Source: a virus (lineage: Duplodnaviria; Caudoviricetes). From it: DNA of 64,000 nt. How positions within the stretch are numbered: position 1 is the stretch's first letter; each line of letters opens with the position of its first letter. The stretch is from positions 160,001 to 224,000 of IMG/VR virus record IMGVR_UViG_3300015615_000196. One strand, 5' to 3'. A program made the position numbers and the translations under genes. The notes beneath the pieces were generated by a model. It made no database searches. It saw only the letters and a program-made list of their open reading frames with translations, and was not told the DNA's origin. Below are positions 9,926 to 19,743 of the stretch, in pieces.

Positions 9926-10920
9926 AAGTAATAAAGCCAAAACTGAACATAAAGAAAGTCATTAAGGCTAAGTTAGAATTAGCACAGAAACCGAACCAAA
10001 CAAAACCAATTCTCAATAAAAAAGCAGAGAAGAAAGTTACGGTAGAAAGGTATAAATCGGTTTACAATCAATTCACTAAGTCGAAAAAAGACTATAACGA
10101 ATACACACCAAGTGATCGTCTTGTGTTGATTGAAAATTATCGAGCACTTTATGAGTCGATAAAGAAACCCGGACAAAAGAGATTGATGGATGTTGATTAC
10201 GATGTGATCGTATGTATCTCGTCATATAATCGCTTTGAAAAAATCGATAAATTACTCTCGATGTTCTATGAGCAGAAATCGAAATATTCATTTAAAATTA
10301 TTTTAATGAATGATGGCTCTGATGATGTACGATATGAGACGTTAAAGAAAAAATATCCGTTGCTGGACTACCAGAAGAACGCCAAAAATAATGGAAGAAG
10401 GTTATACTGGTATACTGTAACTCAATTATGGCAACGAGCAAAAATAAACACATCAAATACACTGTTAATGATTGATGATGATTTTCTTCTTTGTTCTGGC
10501 TTTCTTGATACGATTTGTGATTTTTATTTTTGGATAAAGGAAGAGAATGATAATGTGGCAGGTATTGCGCCACATCTACATTCGTATTTGATGGGAGTGG
10601 AATTCATGTCTTGGTGGTATAACGCACATTCTGTTGATGGAATATGTTTGTTTGATAGAAAATTCATTGAATCCTTTGACCACAAACTTGAACCAGTAAG
10701 TGAAGCAGAATTACATGCAGTAGCACATGCACATGGCTGGTCGCAATTGCAAAATAAAATTTTACGTGAAAATAGAATGGCATACAAAACGAGATATAGC
10801 CTTGTATACCATGATGGGAACGATGAATCAAAAATGGGTGCATCAAATGCCAGAAAAACAAAAGCTTTCACGTATTACTTCAAAAAAGACGGAGTAAATT
10901 TCAAAGATTTGAAAGTATGA
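9922..10920 (+). CDS. Glycosyltransferase family 2 with Lys-rich N-terminal extension
   Basis: VCISSYNR, MNDGSDD, MIDDDF motifs. Confidence 0.8.
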   Translation: MKVIKPKLNIKKVIKAKLELAQKPNQTKPILNKKAEKKVTVERYKSVYNQFTKSKKDYNEYTPSDRLVLIENYRALYESIKKPGQKRLMDVDYDVIVCISSYNRFEKIDKLLSMFYEQKSKYSFKIILMNDGSDDVRYETLKKKYPLLDYQKNAKNNGRRLYWYTVTQLWQRAKINTSNTLLMIDDDFLLCSGFLDTICDFYFWIKEENDNVAGIAPHLHSYLMGVEFMSWWYNAHSVDGICLFDRKFIESFDHKLEPVSEAELHAVAHAHGWSQLQNKILRENRMAYKTRYSLVYHDGNDESKMGASNARKTKAFTYYFKKDGVNFKDLKV

Positions 10921-11573
10921 AAATAGTTTTCGCACATAACGTATATACACGATTTCAAACTCTTTATGAAAATATTCAGATGGAGAAGAAATTGTTTCCA
11001 GATTCGCAATCTGTTATTGGATATAACGTTGATAGTCCAGCAAATGCATTAAAGGAATTTCCAAATGTTGAGTGTTTTAAGTTTCACGGTACTGCACATA
11101 AAATTGGGTGCACAAATGGATGTATTACAACAATACAAGCAGCATTAAAATATGAGCCTGATGTGATAATTTTCTCGCATGACGATGTGAGAATCAATCC
11201 AAGTTTTAAAAATGTTGTGCTCTCAAATATTGAAAAAATTACCAGTGGTAAATTTGATGCTATTTGTCGGAAACCACTTCCTGCTGATGTATATGGTGAA
11301 GAATATTATATGATGGAAGTTTTCTTTTTGTCTAAAAGGGCAGCAGTTGTTGCTTTCAAAGATAGACCAACATTTGTCACAGAAGTAACGATTCCGAAAG
11401 ATGTCAGAGGATCAATTTCACCAGAGGTGTTTTTATATCAAGCATTACAGGGTAAAGGATTAAAAATAGAAGAATCGGGGTACATTCACACGATTCAAAA
11501 TTACAATGAAACACTTTCTACTTTATTTGGATTTGTGCATAAAAATGCAGGACAAAGAGGTTGGGAAGATTAA
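10917..11573 (+). CDS. Putative GT-A fold glycosyltransferase-like protein
   Basis: IIFSHDDV motif; sits inside the GT cluster. Confidence 0.5.
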   Translation: MKIVFAHNVYTRFQTLYENIQMEKKLFPDSQSVIGYNVDSPANALKEFPNVECFKFHGTAHKIGCTNGCITTIQAALKYEPDVIIFSHDDVRINPSFKNVVLSNIEKITSGKFDAICRKPLPADVYGEEYYMMEVFFLSKRAAVVAFKDRPTFVTEVTIPKDVRGSISPEVFLYQALQGKGLKIEESGYIHTIQNYNETLSTLFGFVHKNAGQRGWED

Positions 11574-11584
11574 ACACTTAAACT

Positions 11585-12223
11585 ATGGAACAAGAACAAA
11601 TCAAATTCATCGAAGCATATGGGAAATTTTTCTCAGATCAATTTAATGCAACAAATGAAGACCTGTTGAGTCTTATAGAAGCATCGAACTACAAAGGATT
11701 TCCTCAAGAACCCGGTGGTAGTGTTTGGACAAGTGAAGGTCAGTCAATATACGTTCTGATACGCTTGTTGAAGCCAAAAAGAATTTTGGAAATTGGAAAT
11801 TTTTTGGGACGTAGTTCTAATTTTATTTTGAAGGCCGTTCAAGACAATGGATTGGGTGATGTTACACTTCTTGATATTGAAGAACGTATTCAATATGATA
11901 AACTACATCCGGGAGTAAAGTATGAACGTGTTCTTGAAGATTCATTGAAATACGTTGCTCGACCAATGAATTTTGATTTATATGTAGTAGACGGATGTCA
12001 TGAATATTTGCATGTAAAAAAAGAAATGGAGTTGATCATAAAGAACACATCAAATCCATTTTGGGTTTGGTCACACGATTATTTTACTGTACGTCCACCA
12101 CAATGTGAAGTAGGTAGAGCACTTGATGAAGTTGTTGCTGCAAACAAAGACAAAGTAAAACTTTTTGCACCAATGATTGATAGTGGTAGTAATTGTGGAC
12201 TTGTAATTGCCAGATACGAATAA
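11585..12223 (+). CDS. Class I SAM-dependent methyltransferase (Methyltransf_24-like)
   Basis: ILEIGNFLGRS, VDGCHEY and HD motifs. Confidence 0.85.
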   Translation: MEQEQIKFIEAYGKFFSDQFNATNEDLLSLIEASNYKGFPQEPGGSVWTSEGQSIYVLIRLLKPKRILEIGNFLGRSSNFILKAVQDNGLGDVTLLDIEERIQYDKLHPGVKYERVLEDSLKYVARPMNFDLYVVDGCHEYLHVKKEMELIIKNTSNPFWVWSHDYFTVRPPQCEVGRALDEVVAANKDKVKLFAPMIDSGSNCGLVIARYE

Positions 12224-12224
12224 T

Positions 12225-12962
12225 ATGAAAGACATCACAGTCATTTTAAACGTCTATAATAGAGGCTACACGCTTGAGCAACAGCTTGCAGCAGTAAAAG
12301 CACAGACGTACAGGATTCAAGACGAGAATATTTGGATTTGGTACAACAAAGGCACAAATCCACAAGCAATGCCACAGAATCCGAAGCACAGGACTTTTGT
12401 GTGTAATCAAAATACAAAATTTCACGGACGATTTGCAGCAGCATTGCTTGCAAAAACAGAATATGTTGCGTTGCTTGATGATGACATTATTCCCGGCACT
12501 CGTTGGTTCGAAAATTGTGTTGATTCAATTGAGAAATGCAATGGAATTTTGGGTGGTAGCGGAGTAACGATCAAAGCGAAGGGTTATCAGCAGCATGTAA
12601 AGCACGGATGGAATGGAAATATTAAACCGCTTCAAATTACTCGTGTGGATTTGGTGGGTCATGCGTGGTTTATGAAAACAGAATGGTTGAAATACATGTG
12701 GTATGAAAAACCATTCTCATGGGACAACGGGGAAGACATTATGTTCTCGTATTTATGTCAGAAGTACGGAGGGATCAACACATTTGTACCGCCTCACCCC
12801 CATAACGATCTGACTCTATGGAGCAATGTGGACGGAAATCGGTATGGAAGCGATAAAAACGCTTCTTTCATAAACAATCCGAATCACTACGCTGAAAGGG
12901 ATTTTGTTTGTGCCAAGTGCATTGATAACGGCTGGAAAACCGTACTCAATGTACCAAAATGA
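12225..12962 (+). CDS. Glycosyltransferase family 2
   Basis: ITVILNVYNR, ALLDDDIIPG, GEDI; ATG 12225. Confidence 0.85.
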   Translation: MKDITVILNVYNRGYTLEQQLAAVKAQTYRIQDENIWIWYNKGTNPQAMPQNPKHRTFVCNQNTKFHGRFAAALLAKTEYVALLDDDIIPGTRWFENCVDSIEKCNGILGGSGVTIKAKGYQQHVKHGWNGNIKPLQITRVDLVGHAWFMKTEWLKYMWYEKPFSWDNGEDIMFSYLCQKYGGINTFVPPHPHNDLTLWSNVDGNRYGSDKNASFINNPNHYAERDFVCAKCIDNGWKTVLNVPK

Positions 12963-13159
12963 AGAAATTTTTAGTAGTTTTGTTGTTGCTCACTTCATGT
13001 GCGTCACAACACAAAGGTCACTACACGAATAAAGAAGGTAGAACCAAGCAAAAGTATTACGATGCGATTCAGTATGGTGACAAAGGTTCAGTTTCGAGCA
13101 GTGGCAAGAAAATGGACAAGGTCATGAAGAAGAAAAGAGAAAAAACAAAGAGGAAATGA
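12959..13159 (+). CDS. Small basic lipoprotein
   Basis: MKKFLVVLLLLTSC signal peptide II with lipobox. Confidence 0.6.
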   Translation: MKKFLVVLLLLTSCASQHKGHYTNKEGRTKQKYYDAIQYGDKGSVSSSGKKMDKVMKKKREKTKRK

Positions 13160-13884
13160 AAACGTTCAAGGGTGATTTCGATATGTTCGTCAACAAAGTG
13201 AAAAATGGTGAGCATTTTTCATTGTCTCGTTGGGGCGATGGCGAATTAATGATCCTTGAAAACAAAACGCTGGACTTGACCAGCAAAGGGGACGGTGAAT
13301 TTAAGCACGATCCGAATAGTCCACTACACGCTAAGATGCGTCAGGTGTTACTCAACTCCTACAAACACAAAGACAAAAATTACTACATCGGTGTTGCTTG
13401 TCAATGCTGTGTAGGAAAGGAAAAGTTTGAATACATGAAAAAGTTGTCTGAGCAACCAGAAGAGAACTTGACATGGGCGAACATATTTGTCAATTCAAAC
13501 TATCCTTTTTTCATATCAGAATTTCTTCCCGTTCTAAAGGACAAGAAAATTATTCTCGTAGCAAATAAGAACGGAGCAGGAAATGTAAATGACCTTCCGT
13601 TTAAACCAGCAACCTATTATTCCATTGGAACGGATGCTTGGACTGCCAATTATCCATTGTCGCAACATCTTCAACAGGAAATCGGAGAGTTCAACATCAG
13701 AGATCACGTATTTCTTTTTGCTGCTGGCCCATTTGCAAATGTTCTCACGTATGAACTTTGGAAGTACAATAAAAACAATACGTACATCGACATCGGTTCA
13801 ACTCTTGACAAATACTTGGGGTTAACCATTACCAGAGGCTACCTTCAAGGTGCTGCCACTCTTAAAAAAACCTGTATATGGTAA
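13156..13884 (+). CDS. GT-D fold (DUF1792-like) glycosyltransferase
   Basis: FSLSRWGDGE near the N-terminus; FAAGP and IDIGS near the C-terminus. Confidence 0.7.
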   Translation: MKTFKGDFDMFVNKVKNGEHFSLSRWGDGELMILENKTLDLTSKGDGEFKHDPNSPLHAKMRQVLLNSYKHKDKNYYIGVACQCCVGKEKFEYMKKLSEQPEENLTWANIFVNSNYPFFISEFLPVLKDKKIILVANKNGAGNVNDLPFKPATYYSIGTDAWTANYPLSQHLQQEIGEFNIRDHVFLFAAGPFANVLTYELWKYNKNNTYIDIGSTLDKYLGLTITRGYLQGAATLKKTCIW

Positions 13885-14507
13885 TAACAAAATACAAAAA
13901 CGATGGATGGGGTCTCTCTGCAAAAGAGTTTGAATTGCTATATCAATTTTTGAAGTCCAATTCCAAACCACTAAATGTGGTGGAGTTTGGTTCTGGACGC
14001 TCTACTGAATTTTTGGTAGATGTAATGACAGAAACAGGAAACCAGTTAAACATTTATTCGTTCGATGATTCGAAGGAATACGCCTTCTCTGGAACACATC
14101 CAAATTTGAAACTTAATATTGTTCCTCTTGTTGAATGCAGCGACACTAACTTTGAATTGATGTTTAACGATAAGAAATATCAAGAGGGAAATTTTACACT
14201 AAAAACAACACCAGTGCATACTCGTCAGCGAAACACTTTCTATAAGATTGATGATGAAATGTTGCCAGAGAAAATTGATTTGATGATTTTAGACGGCCCT
14301 CACGGGAATGGACGAAGCATAGGTTTTTTAAGATGTGTAGATCGTCTGAAAGAAGGATCGGTTGTTTTGATTGATGATGCATCACACTATCCGTTTTTTG
14401 AAAATTTAAAAAGGCTCAAAAATGTTGAGATTCAGTATGAGCAACACAACAGAGATAATAAATGGTATGGTGGAGGTGATTTTGTGCTGTGTAAAATTTT
14501 AAAGTGA
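13878..14507 (+). CDS. Class I SAM-dependent methyltransferase
   Basis: VVEFGSGRST, LMILDGP, VLIDD. Confidence 0.85.
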   Translation: MVITKYKNDGWGLSAKEFELLYQFLKSNSKPLNVVEFGSGRSTEFLVDVMTETGNQLNIYSFDDSKEYAFSGTHPNLKLNIVPLVECSDTNFELMFNDKKYQEGNFTLKTTPVHTRQRNTFYKIDDEMLPEKIDLMILDGPHGNGRSIGFLRCVDRLKEGSVVLIDDASHYPFFENLKRLKNVEIQYEQHNRDNKWYGGGDFVLCKILK

Positions 14508-14509
14508 TT

Positions 14510-15121
14510 ATGTACAACCCGGAACAATATTGGAAATTAGAAAAAGGTAACGAGCAAGCATGGAAGAATGATGCTGATACCAATCAAAGCATAGTGAAAT
14601 CAATTGAGCGTGTAAAAACATTGATCATTCCTGAAATGAAGAAACGCCTCACGACAGTGGAAGGTGTGCTTGACGCAGGATGTGGGTCTGGTTATGCAAT
14701 CAACGCTTTTAAAGAAAGTGGTCTTTGGAACAAATGTTACGGTGTGGATTTCCAGCAACATCGTATTGACTACAGCAAGGCAAAGTATCCAGAGGGAATT
14801 GAGTTTTCGTGTGGAAATTTAAATACACTTCCCATCACTGACAAGTCACTTTCAACGATCTACACAGGAGCAGTGCTCATGCACATTCCAATAGAAAACA
14901 AGATCAAAGTTATTCAGGAGTTCAAGCGTGTCCTTTCCGACAACGGATTTTATTTCGGACATGAAATCGTAGAAGACATACATGAAATAAATGACACGGG
15001 TGCTCACGTCATAAATACCAATTTGAATTGGTTGCAAAAACAATTTGCACCGTTCAAAGTTGAGGTCTTGAAGTACCATTACGACACTTACGATTTTCAA
15101 ATCATTTACGCTCACAAATGA
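14510..15121 (+). CDS. Class I SAM-dependent methyltransferase (type 11/25-like)
   Basis: VLDAGCGSG, GVD, VLMHI, RVL motifs; ATG 14510. Confidence 0.9.
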   Translation: MYNPEQYWKLEKGNEQAWKNDADTNQSIVKSIERVKTLIIPEMKKRLTTVEGVLDAGCGSGYAINAFKESGLWNKCYGVDFQQHRIDYSKAKYPEGIEFSCGNLNTLPITDKSLSTIYTGAVLMHIPIENKIKVIQEFKRVLSDNGFYFGHEIVEDIHEINDTGAHVINTNLNWLQKQFAPFKVEVLKYHYDTYDFQIIYAHK

Positions 15122-16080
15122 AGATAGCATTTCATTGTAACCAACTTTCAATAAGAGGCACAGAGGTTGCGATGTATGATTACGCTCACTACAATGAAAA
15201 ATTGTTGGGAAATGAAAGTATCGTACTTGCGAGAAACCCTTCGTGGTGGAAGTATTCCGATCCAGAAGCAATAGAAAAATTCAAGAAAAGATTTCCTGTT
15301 TACTTCTATGACAAGATAGAAGACATAGAAAAAATTCTTGACGATAATAGAGTTGATCTTTTCTATGCACAGAAGTCAGGACACAATGACGGAGTGATTT
15401 CAAAGAACAGAAAGACTGTGGTACATGCTGTGTTTCAGGATTACGATCCGCATGGTGACGTGTACGCTTTCATTTCAGAATGGCTTTCAAAAATTTACAG
15501 CAATGTAAAACCATTTGTACCATACATGGTGGATTTGCCAGATCACGACAAGGATATGAGAGAAGAATTGGGGATACCAAAACACGCTTTGGTTTTTGGT
15601 CGTCACGGTGGAATTGAAACATTCGATATTCCTTGGGTCAAGACCCATATTGTTGAATTGGTGAATACTCGAAAGGATTTGTACTTCGTGTTTTTAAACA
15701 CACAAAAATTTGCAGATCATCCGCAGATAATCTTTCTTGATCCGATTGCTGATTTGATTAGAAAGACTGAATTTATAAACACCTGCAACGCAATGATTCA
15801 TGCACGGTTCAAGGGTGAAACATTTGGACTTGCAGTAGCGGAATTTTCGATTCGCAACAAACCAGTGATCACCTACGGTGCTTCACCGGACATGGCACAT
15901 GGAATGATTCTTGGTCTTGATGCTTTTTATTACAAGACTCTCACTGATTTGCAGTTGATATTTTATTGCTTTGAGGCACACATGAAAAACAATCCCGATA
16001 AGCAATGGAACAAATACAAAGATTTCTCACCAGAGAAAGTAATGGCAAAGTTTAAACAGGTTTTCATTGATGGGAAATAA
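15118..16080 (+). CDS. Glycosyltransferase GT-B (GT4-like)
   Basis: RGTE N-terminal loop and GETFGLAVAE (ExFG-x4-E) motif. Confidence 0.85.
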   Translation: MKIAFHCNQLSIRGTEVAMYDYAHYNEKLLGNESIVLARNPSWWKYSDPEAIEKFKKRFPVYFYDKIEDIEKILDDNRVDLFYAQKSGHNDGVISKNRKTVVHAVFQDYDPHGDVYAFISEWLSKIYSNVKPFVPYMVDLPDHDKDMREELGIPKHALVFGRHGGIETFDIPWVKTHIVELVNTRKDLYFVFLNTQKFADHPQIIFLDPIADLIRKTEFINTCNAMIHARFKGETFGLAVAEFSIRNKPVITYGASPDMAHGMILGLDAFYYKTLTDLQLIFYCFEAHMKNNPDKQWNKYKDFSPEKVMAKFKQVFIDGK

Positions 16081-16849
16081 AATAGCAACACACGTTGTTC
16101 TTTTTGGACAAGACAAATGGATAATGAGGAACATTGAAAATGCGTATCCTCACGTAGAGAAAATTTATGTTGCATACAGCGACAAGCCTTGGGCATACAA
16201 TCCAAATGCAAGATCACAGTACACGAATAGTTTCGATTTGAACGTTCTTCGTAATTCAAAGTATACAGATAAAATTCATATCATTGAAGGAGTATGGGAC
16301 ACAGAAGAACAACAACGAAATGCCTGTGCTGAACAAGCACAAAAGGATGGTATGGAATTCATGCTTATTCATGATGCGGACGAATTTTATCATCATACTG
16401 ACTTCGGAAATCTTTTGAAGTACATCCAGCAAAATCAAAATTATGACTACTATAAAGTGGCATGGTATTGCTTTTGGAAAAACTTTAATTATGTTTTGCT
16501 CGGCTCGGATAGAGATAAAATTGTTGGGTATCCAGAGTTTGCAATCAATCTGAAAAGAGGTGTGCGATTTAGTTCAAAAAGAAAACCAGTTCAAACCATT
16601 TTCAAAATTATCCCACCAGAATTTGGCATTTGTTATCACGGTTCATATGTGTTAACCAATGACGAATTACTTCAAAAAATCAATACTTGGGGTCACACAA
16701 ATGACTTTAACAAAGAACGTTGGTATACCGACAAATGGTTGAAGTGGAAAGAGGGAGACCGTGATCTTCACTTAGTTACACCGAGTGCGTGGTCGGAAGC
16801 CGTCTGGTTCGATGGTAATTTACCAGAGGTGATTGCGGATATGCGATAA
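16067..16849 (+). CDS. Glycosyltransferase family 2-like
   Basis: EEQQRN and LIHDADEF (DxD) motifs. Confidence 0.75.
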   Translation: MMGNKIATHVVLFGQDKWIMRNIENAYPHVEKIYVAYSDKPWAYNPNARSQYTNSFDLNVLRNSKYTDKIHIIEGVWDTEEQQRNACAEQAQKDGMEFMLIHDADEFYHHTDFGNLLKYIQQNQNYDYYKVAWYCFWKNFNYVLLGSDRDKIVGYPEFAINLKRGVRFSSKRKPVQTIFKIIPPEFGICYHGSYVLTNDELLQKINTWGHTNDFNKERWYTDKWLKWKEGDRDLHLVTPSAWSEAVWFDGNLPEVIADMR

Positions 16850-16868
16850 AATTCTTAACATTGCAAGA

Positions 16869-17894
16869 ATGATCTTAGTTGTTTTCGGTACTCGCCCTGA
16901 GTTTTTAAAAGTAAAACCACTTCTTGAAGAACTTACAAGAAGAGGACTGGAATTTTATACCCTGTTCACTTCTCAGCATAAGGACATCGTTCCAAAAGAA
17001 ATACCCATTAGCCTTACACTTCCTGAGCCAATAGAAGCGGGGAATAGATTGCTTTCTGTATTGTCACATACACTATACAACATCGGAGTTGTGTTGGAGG
17101 CAAATCCACAAATCAAATATGTACTTGTGCAGGGTGATACCACATCAGCATTAGGTGGTGCACTTGCAGCAGTAAATTGCAAAGTAAAGGTGATTCATCT
17201 TGAAGCTGGTTTAAGAACTTATGATCCAGAGAATCCATATCCAGAAGAGTACAACCGTCAACTCATTTCAAGAATAACCGACATTCACCTTTGTCCTACC
17301 ACACAAAACAAAGCCAATCTCGAAAGCGAAAAGGCTCCGGGTAAATTTTATGTTGTGGGTAATACCATCCTTGATACGTTGGTTAATCTACAAGGTTCAG
17401 TAGAATACAGCAATAAAATATTGGTTACTCTACATCGCAGAGAAAACCATGACAAAATTGACCGTTGGTTCAAAGAGATAAATCGTTTGGCGAGAATCAA
17501 TAACGACTACGAATTCATATTGCCTCTTCATCCGAATCCAAACGTTCAAAAGCACAAAGGGATTTTAACCGATGTGAAGGTTGTTGATCCTTTGTCGCAC
17601 GAAGAATTTTTAAAGTTACTGGTCAAGTGTAGAATGGTAATCAGTGATAGCGGTGGCGTTCAAGAAGAATGTGCATTCTTTAGAAAGAAGGTAATCGTCT
17701 GCCGAAAGATTACGGAAAGACCGGAGTCTGTTGGTACAACCAGTATCATGTGTGCAGAGCCGGAAAAACTCGTATCTTTGTTCTCGTTACATGACTACGA
17801 CATTACTGTTAAAGAAGGCGTTTGTCCATTTGGAGACGGTACTTCGAGTCAGCAGATAGTTGATATTTTTGTAGACGAAATCTACGGTGGGTGA
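16869..17894 (+). CDS. wecB: UDP-N-acetylglucosamine 2-epimerase (non-hydrolysing)
   Basis: VVFGTRPE, VQGDT, HLEAGLRT, PEEYNR, TLHRREN, SDSGGVQEE, TERPE, PFGDG; ATG 16869. Confidence 0.95.
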   Translation: MILVVFGTRPEFLKVKPLLEELTRRGLEFYTLFTSQHKDIVPKEIPISLTLPEPIEAGNRLLSVLSHTLYNIGVVLEANPQIKYVLVQGDTTSALGGALAAVNCKVKVIHLEAGLRTYDPENPYPEEYNRQLISRITDIHLCPTTQNKANLESEKAPGKFYVVGNTILDTLVNLQGSVEYSNKILVTLHRRENHDKIDRWFKEINRLARINNDYEFILPLHPNPNVQKHKGILTDVKVVDPLSHEEFLKLLVKCRMVISDSGGVQEECAFFRKKVIVCRKITERPESVGTTSIMCAEPEKLVSLFSLHDYDITVKEGVCPFGDGTSSQQIVDIFVDEIYGG

Positions 17895-18592
17895 TACAAA
17901 AGATTGCATATATTGTTTCCGACAAGGAACTATCCAACCATAAAAAATTGGACTGGATCAACTATGTAATTTTGAATGGCGAACCATTTCATAGTTTCAC
18001 AACAACTCAAGACGGTAAAGTGCAGTTCGATGCACCACGATACAACTCGTACTATCCAACATTGATAATCGGATGGGAATTATTCAATACAACACATAAA
18101 GAATTTAACCCGGACATTCTCGAAAAAACAAAATCAAGACCGTATAATGTAGAATGGGAATTTTCCGTTGACGAAAGAATTGTAGATCACTTTGAAGGTG
18201 TTGCCAATTTCATAAAGACAGCACCAAGAAAATACGTGGAGCAATTTCGTTACAAGAACATCGATCCAATCATAGATAAAATTGAGAAGGAAGAAGACGT
18301 GTTGGAGTTGGTAAAGAAGTATCAATACTTGGATCACATCAGAACTTACCAATACAAAGACGAAGTCATTTATCTTTTTGATCGGGGTTCAAGCACTCCG
18401 ATGCTCGGCATTTATCTCACTGCATTCAAGTATTTCAAGTACGATGTGGAGAAGATAAAATCGCTGATTTACTCGGCAATTAAGCCGGAGCATATTTTTC
18501 TCGACCCGGACGGGCAGAATTACGGTACATATTACAAACAATTCCCCGATTTTGACCAATTGAAGCGTTCAATGGTGCTTTTTTTAGCGTAG
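17891..18592 (+). CDS. Hypothetical protein
   Basis: 233 aa ORF overlapping the wecB stop; no recognisable motif. Confidence 0.75.
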   Translation: MIQKIAYIVSDKELSNHKKLDWINYVILNGEPFHSFTTTQDGKVQFDAPRYNSYYPTLIIGWELFNTTHKEFNPDILEKTKSRPYNVEWEFSVDERIVDHFEGVANFIKTAPRKYVEQFRYKNIDPIIDKIEKEEDVLELVKKYQYLDHIRTYQYKDEVIYLFDRGSSTPMLGIYLTAFKYFKYDVEKIKSLIYSAIKPEHIFLDPDGQNYGTYYKQFPDFDQLKRSMVLFLA

Positions 18593-18622
18593 TTCCGTAT
18601 TTATAGGAAACTGTACGGAAGT

Positions 18623-18799
18623 ATGAGTAACACGAAGAAAAAGCAAACTGCTATTGATCGTTTTCTTAATTCTGGTCAACCTGTAAAGGTAAGAGAATCT
18701 AAGAAAGCTATTTTGGACGAAAGAGAAGGCTTGATTGAAAGAATCGACCGTATCATCGTCACTAAAGATGGCAAACAATTACTTAGAGAACAATACTAA
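18623..18799 (+). CDS. Small hypothetical late protein (58 aa)
   Basis: Below the track cut-off: MSNTKKKQTAIDRFL...KDGKQLLREQY*, directly after TATTTAT at 18598. Confidence 0.7.
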   Translation: MSNTKKKQTAIDRFLNSGQPVKVRESKKAILDEREGLIERIDRIIVTKDGKQLLREQY

Positions 18800-18810
18800 G
18801 TCGTAAAGAC

Positions 18811-19566
18811 ATGGGTAAAAAACAATCGCTTCAAGAGTCTCTTGAACGCATGAAGTACGTCTCAAAATACGTCATCAATGAATCTCCTGTTTACAAGAGT
18901 TTGGTTGGTAACGGTGGGATGGATGCACTTCCAGAGTATCTTATGAAGGAAGCAGATTCAGGTGCAACTGCAAATCAGCCAGCACCAGAACTTCCTCCAT
19001 TGCCAGCAACCCCGGATGCCGGAGCACCTGCTCCCGCACCAGCAGCAGGTGGCGCAGCCCCTGCACCTACGGCAGCAGCACCCGCTCCTGCTCCTGCACC
19101 AGAAGGTGGCGCAGACAATGTTGAGTTAAACAAGAACGTTGATATTACCACAAGTGCCCCGGCAGGAGAACCAGCAATGGAAGCACCGCCAATGGGTGGT
19201 GAACCAATGGAGTCACCTGAGAAGAAAGTAATGGAACTTCAACTGGATGCACTCAAGAAAATGAGTTACAAGATTGAAGACCTCGGCAGTGCCGTTGACA
19301 GTTTGAACGACAGAATGCGTTTGTATTCTGATGAAGTTGAGAAAGTAAGAGAACCATCCGACATGGAGAAGTTCGAAAATAGAAAAAATGACAGCAGTCC
19401 GTATTATTTCAATTTGAATGACCTTTGGAAGGACGACAATTTCAAATCAAGAATGGATCAGTTCGGAAAAGGATACGTAAAAACAGAAGACGGATATGTT
19501 GCAGATTTCGATGATCTTCCTAAATTAGCCCCTCATGAAGTGAAGGCGAGTTTTGACGATTACTAA
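18811..19566 (+). CDS. Hypothetical protein with Pro/Ala-rich linker and coiled coil (possible head/scaffold-associated)
   Basis: PAPAPAAGG tract followed by an acidic coiled coil; late-operon context. Confidence 0.7.
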   Translation: MGKKQSLQESLERMKYVSKYVINESPVYKSLVGNGGMDALPEYLMKEADSGATANQPAPELPPLPATPDAGAPAPAPAAGGAAPAPTAAAPAPAPAPEGGADNVELNKNVDITTSAPAGEPAMEAPPMGGEPMESPEKKVMELQLDALKKMSYKIEDLGSAVDSLNDRMRLYSDEVEKVREPSDMEKFENRKNDSSPYYFNLNDLWKDDNFKSRMDQFGKGYVKTEDGYVADFDDLPKLAPHEVKASFDDY

Positions 19567-19619
19567 GATAGCATCACCCAAAGGGTGAAGGCACTGGTCA
19601 GGGGATGCCGAAATCCCAC

Positions 19620-19644
19620 AATGCATCTACGGGATGCATTTTTT
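19620..19644 (+). terminator. Rho-independent terminator
   Basis: AATGCATC-tacgg-GATGCATT followed by a T-run. Confidence 0.7.
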
Positions 19645-19743
19645 ATTGCACATGCTACCATTTGGAGATATGTGTTTCGAGGCACGGTACGACAAGATTT
19701 GTATCGTGCCTTGCGTTTTTTAGAGTATTTATAAAAAAACTCC

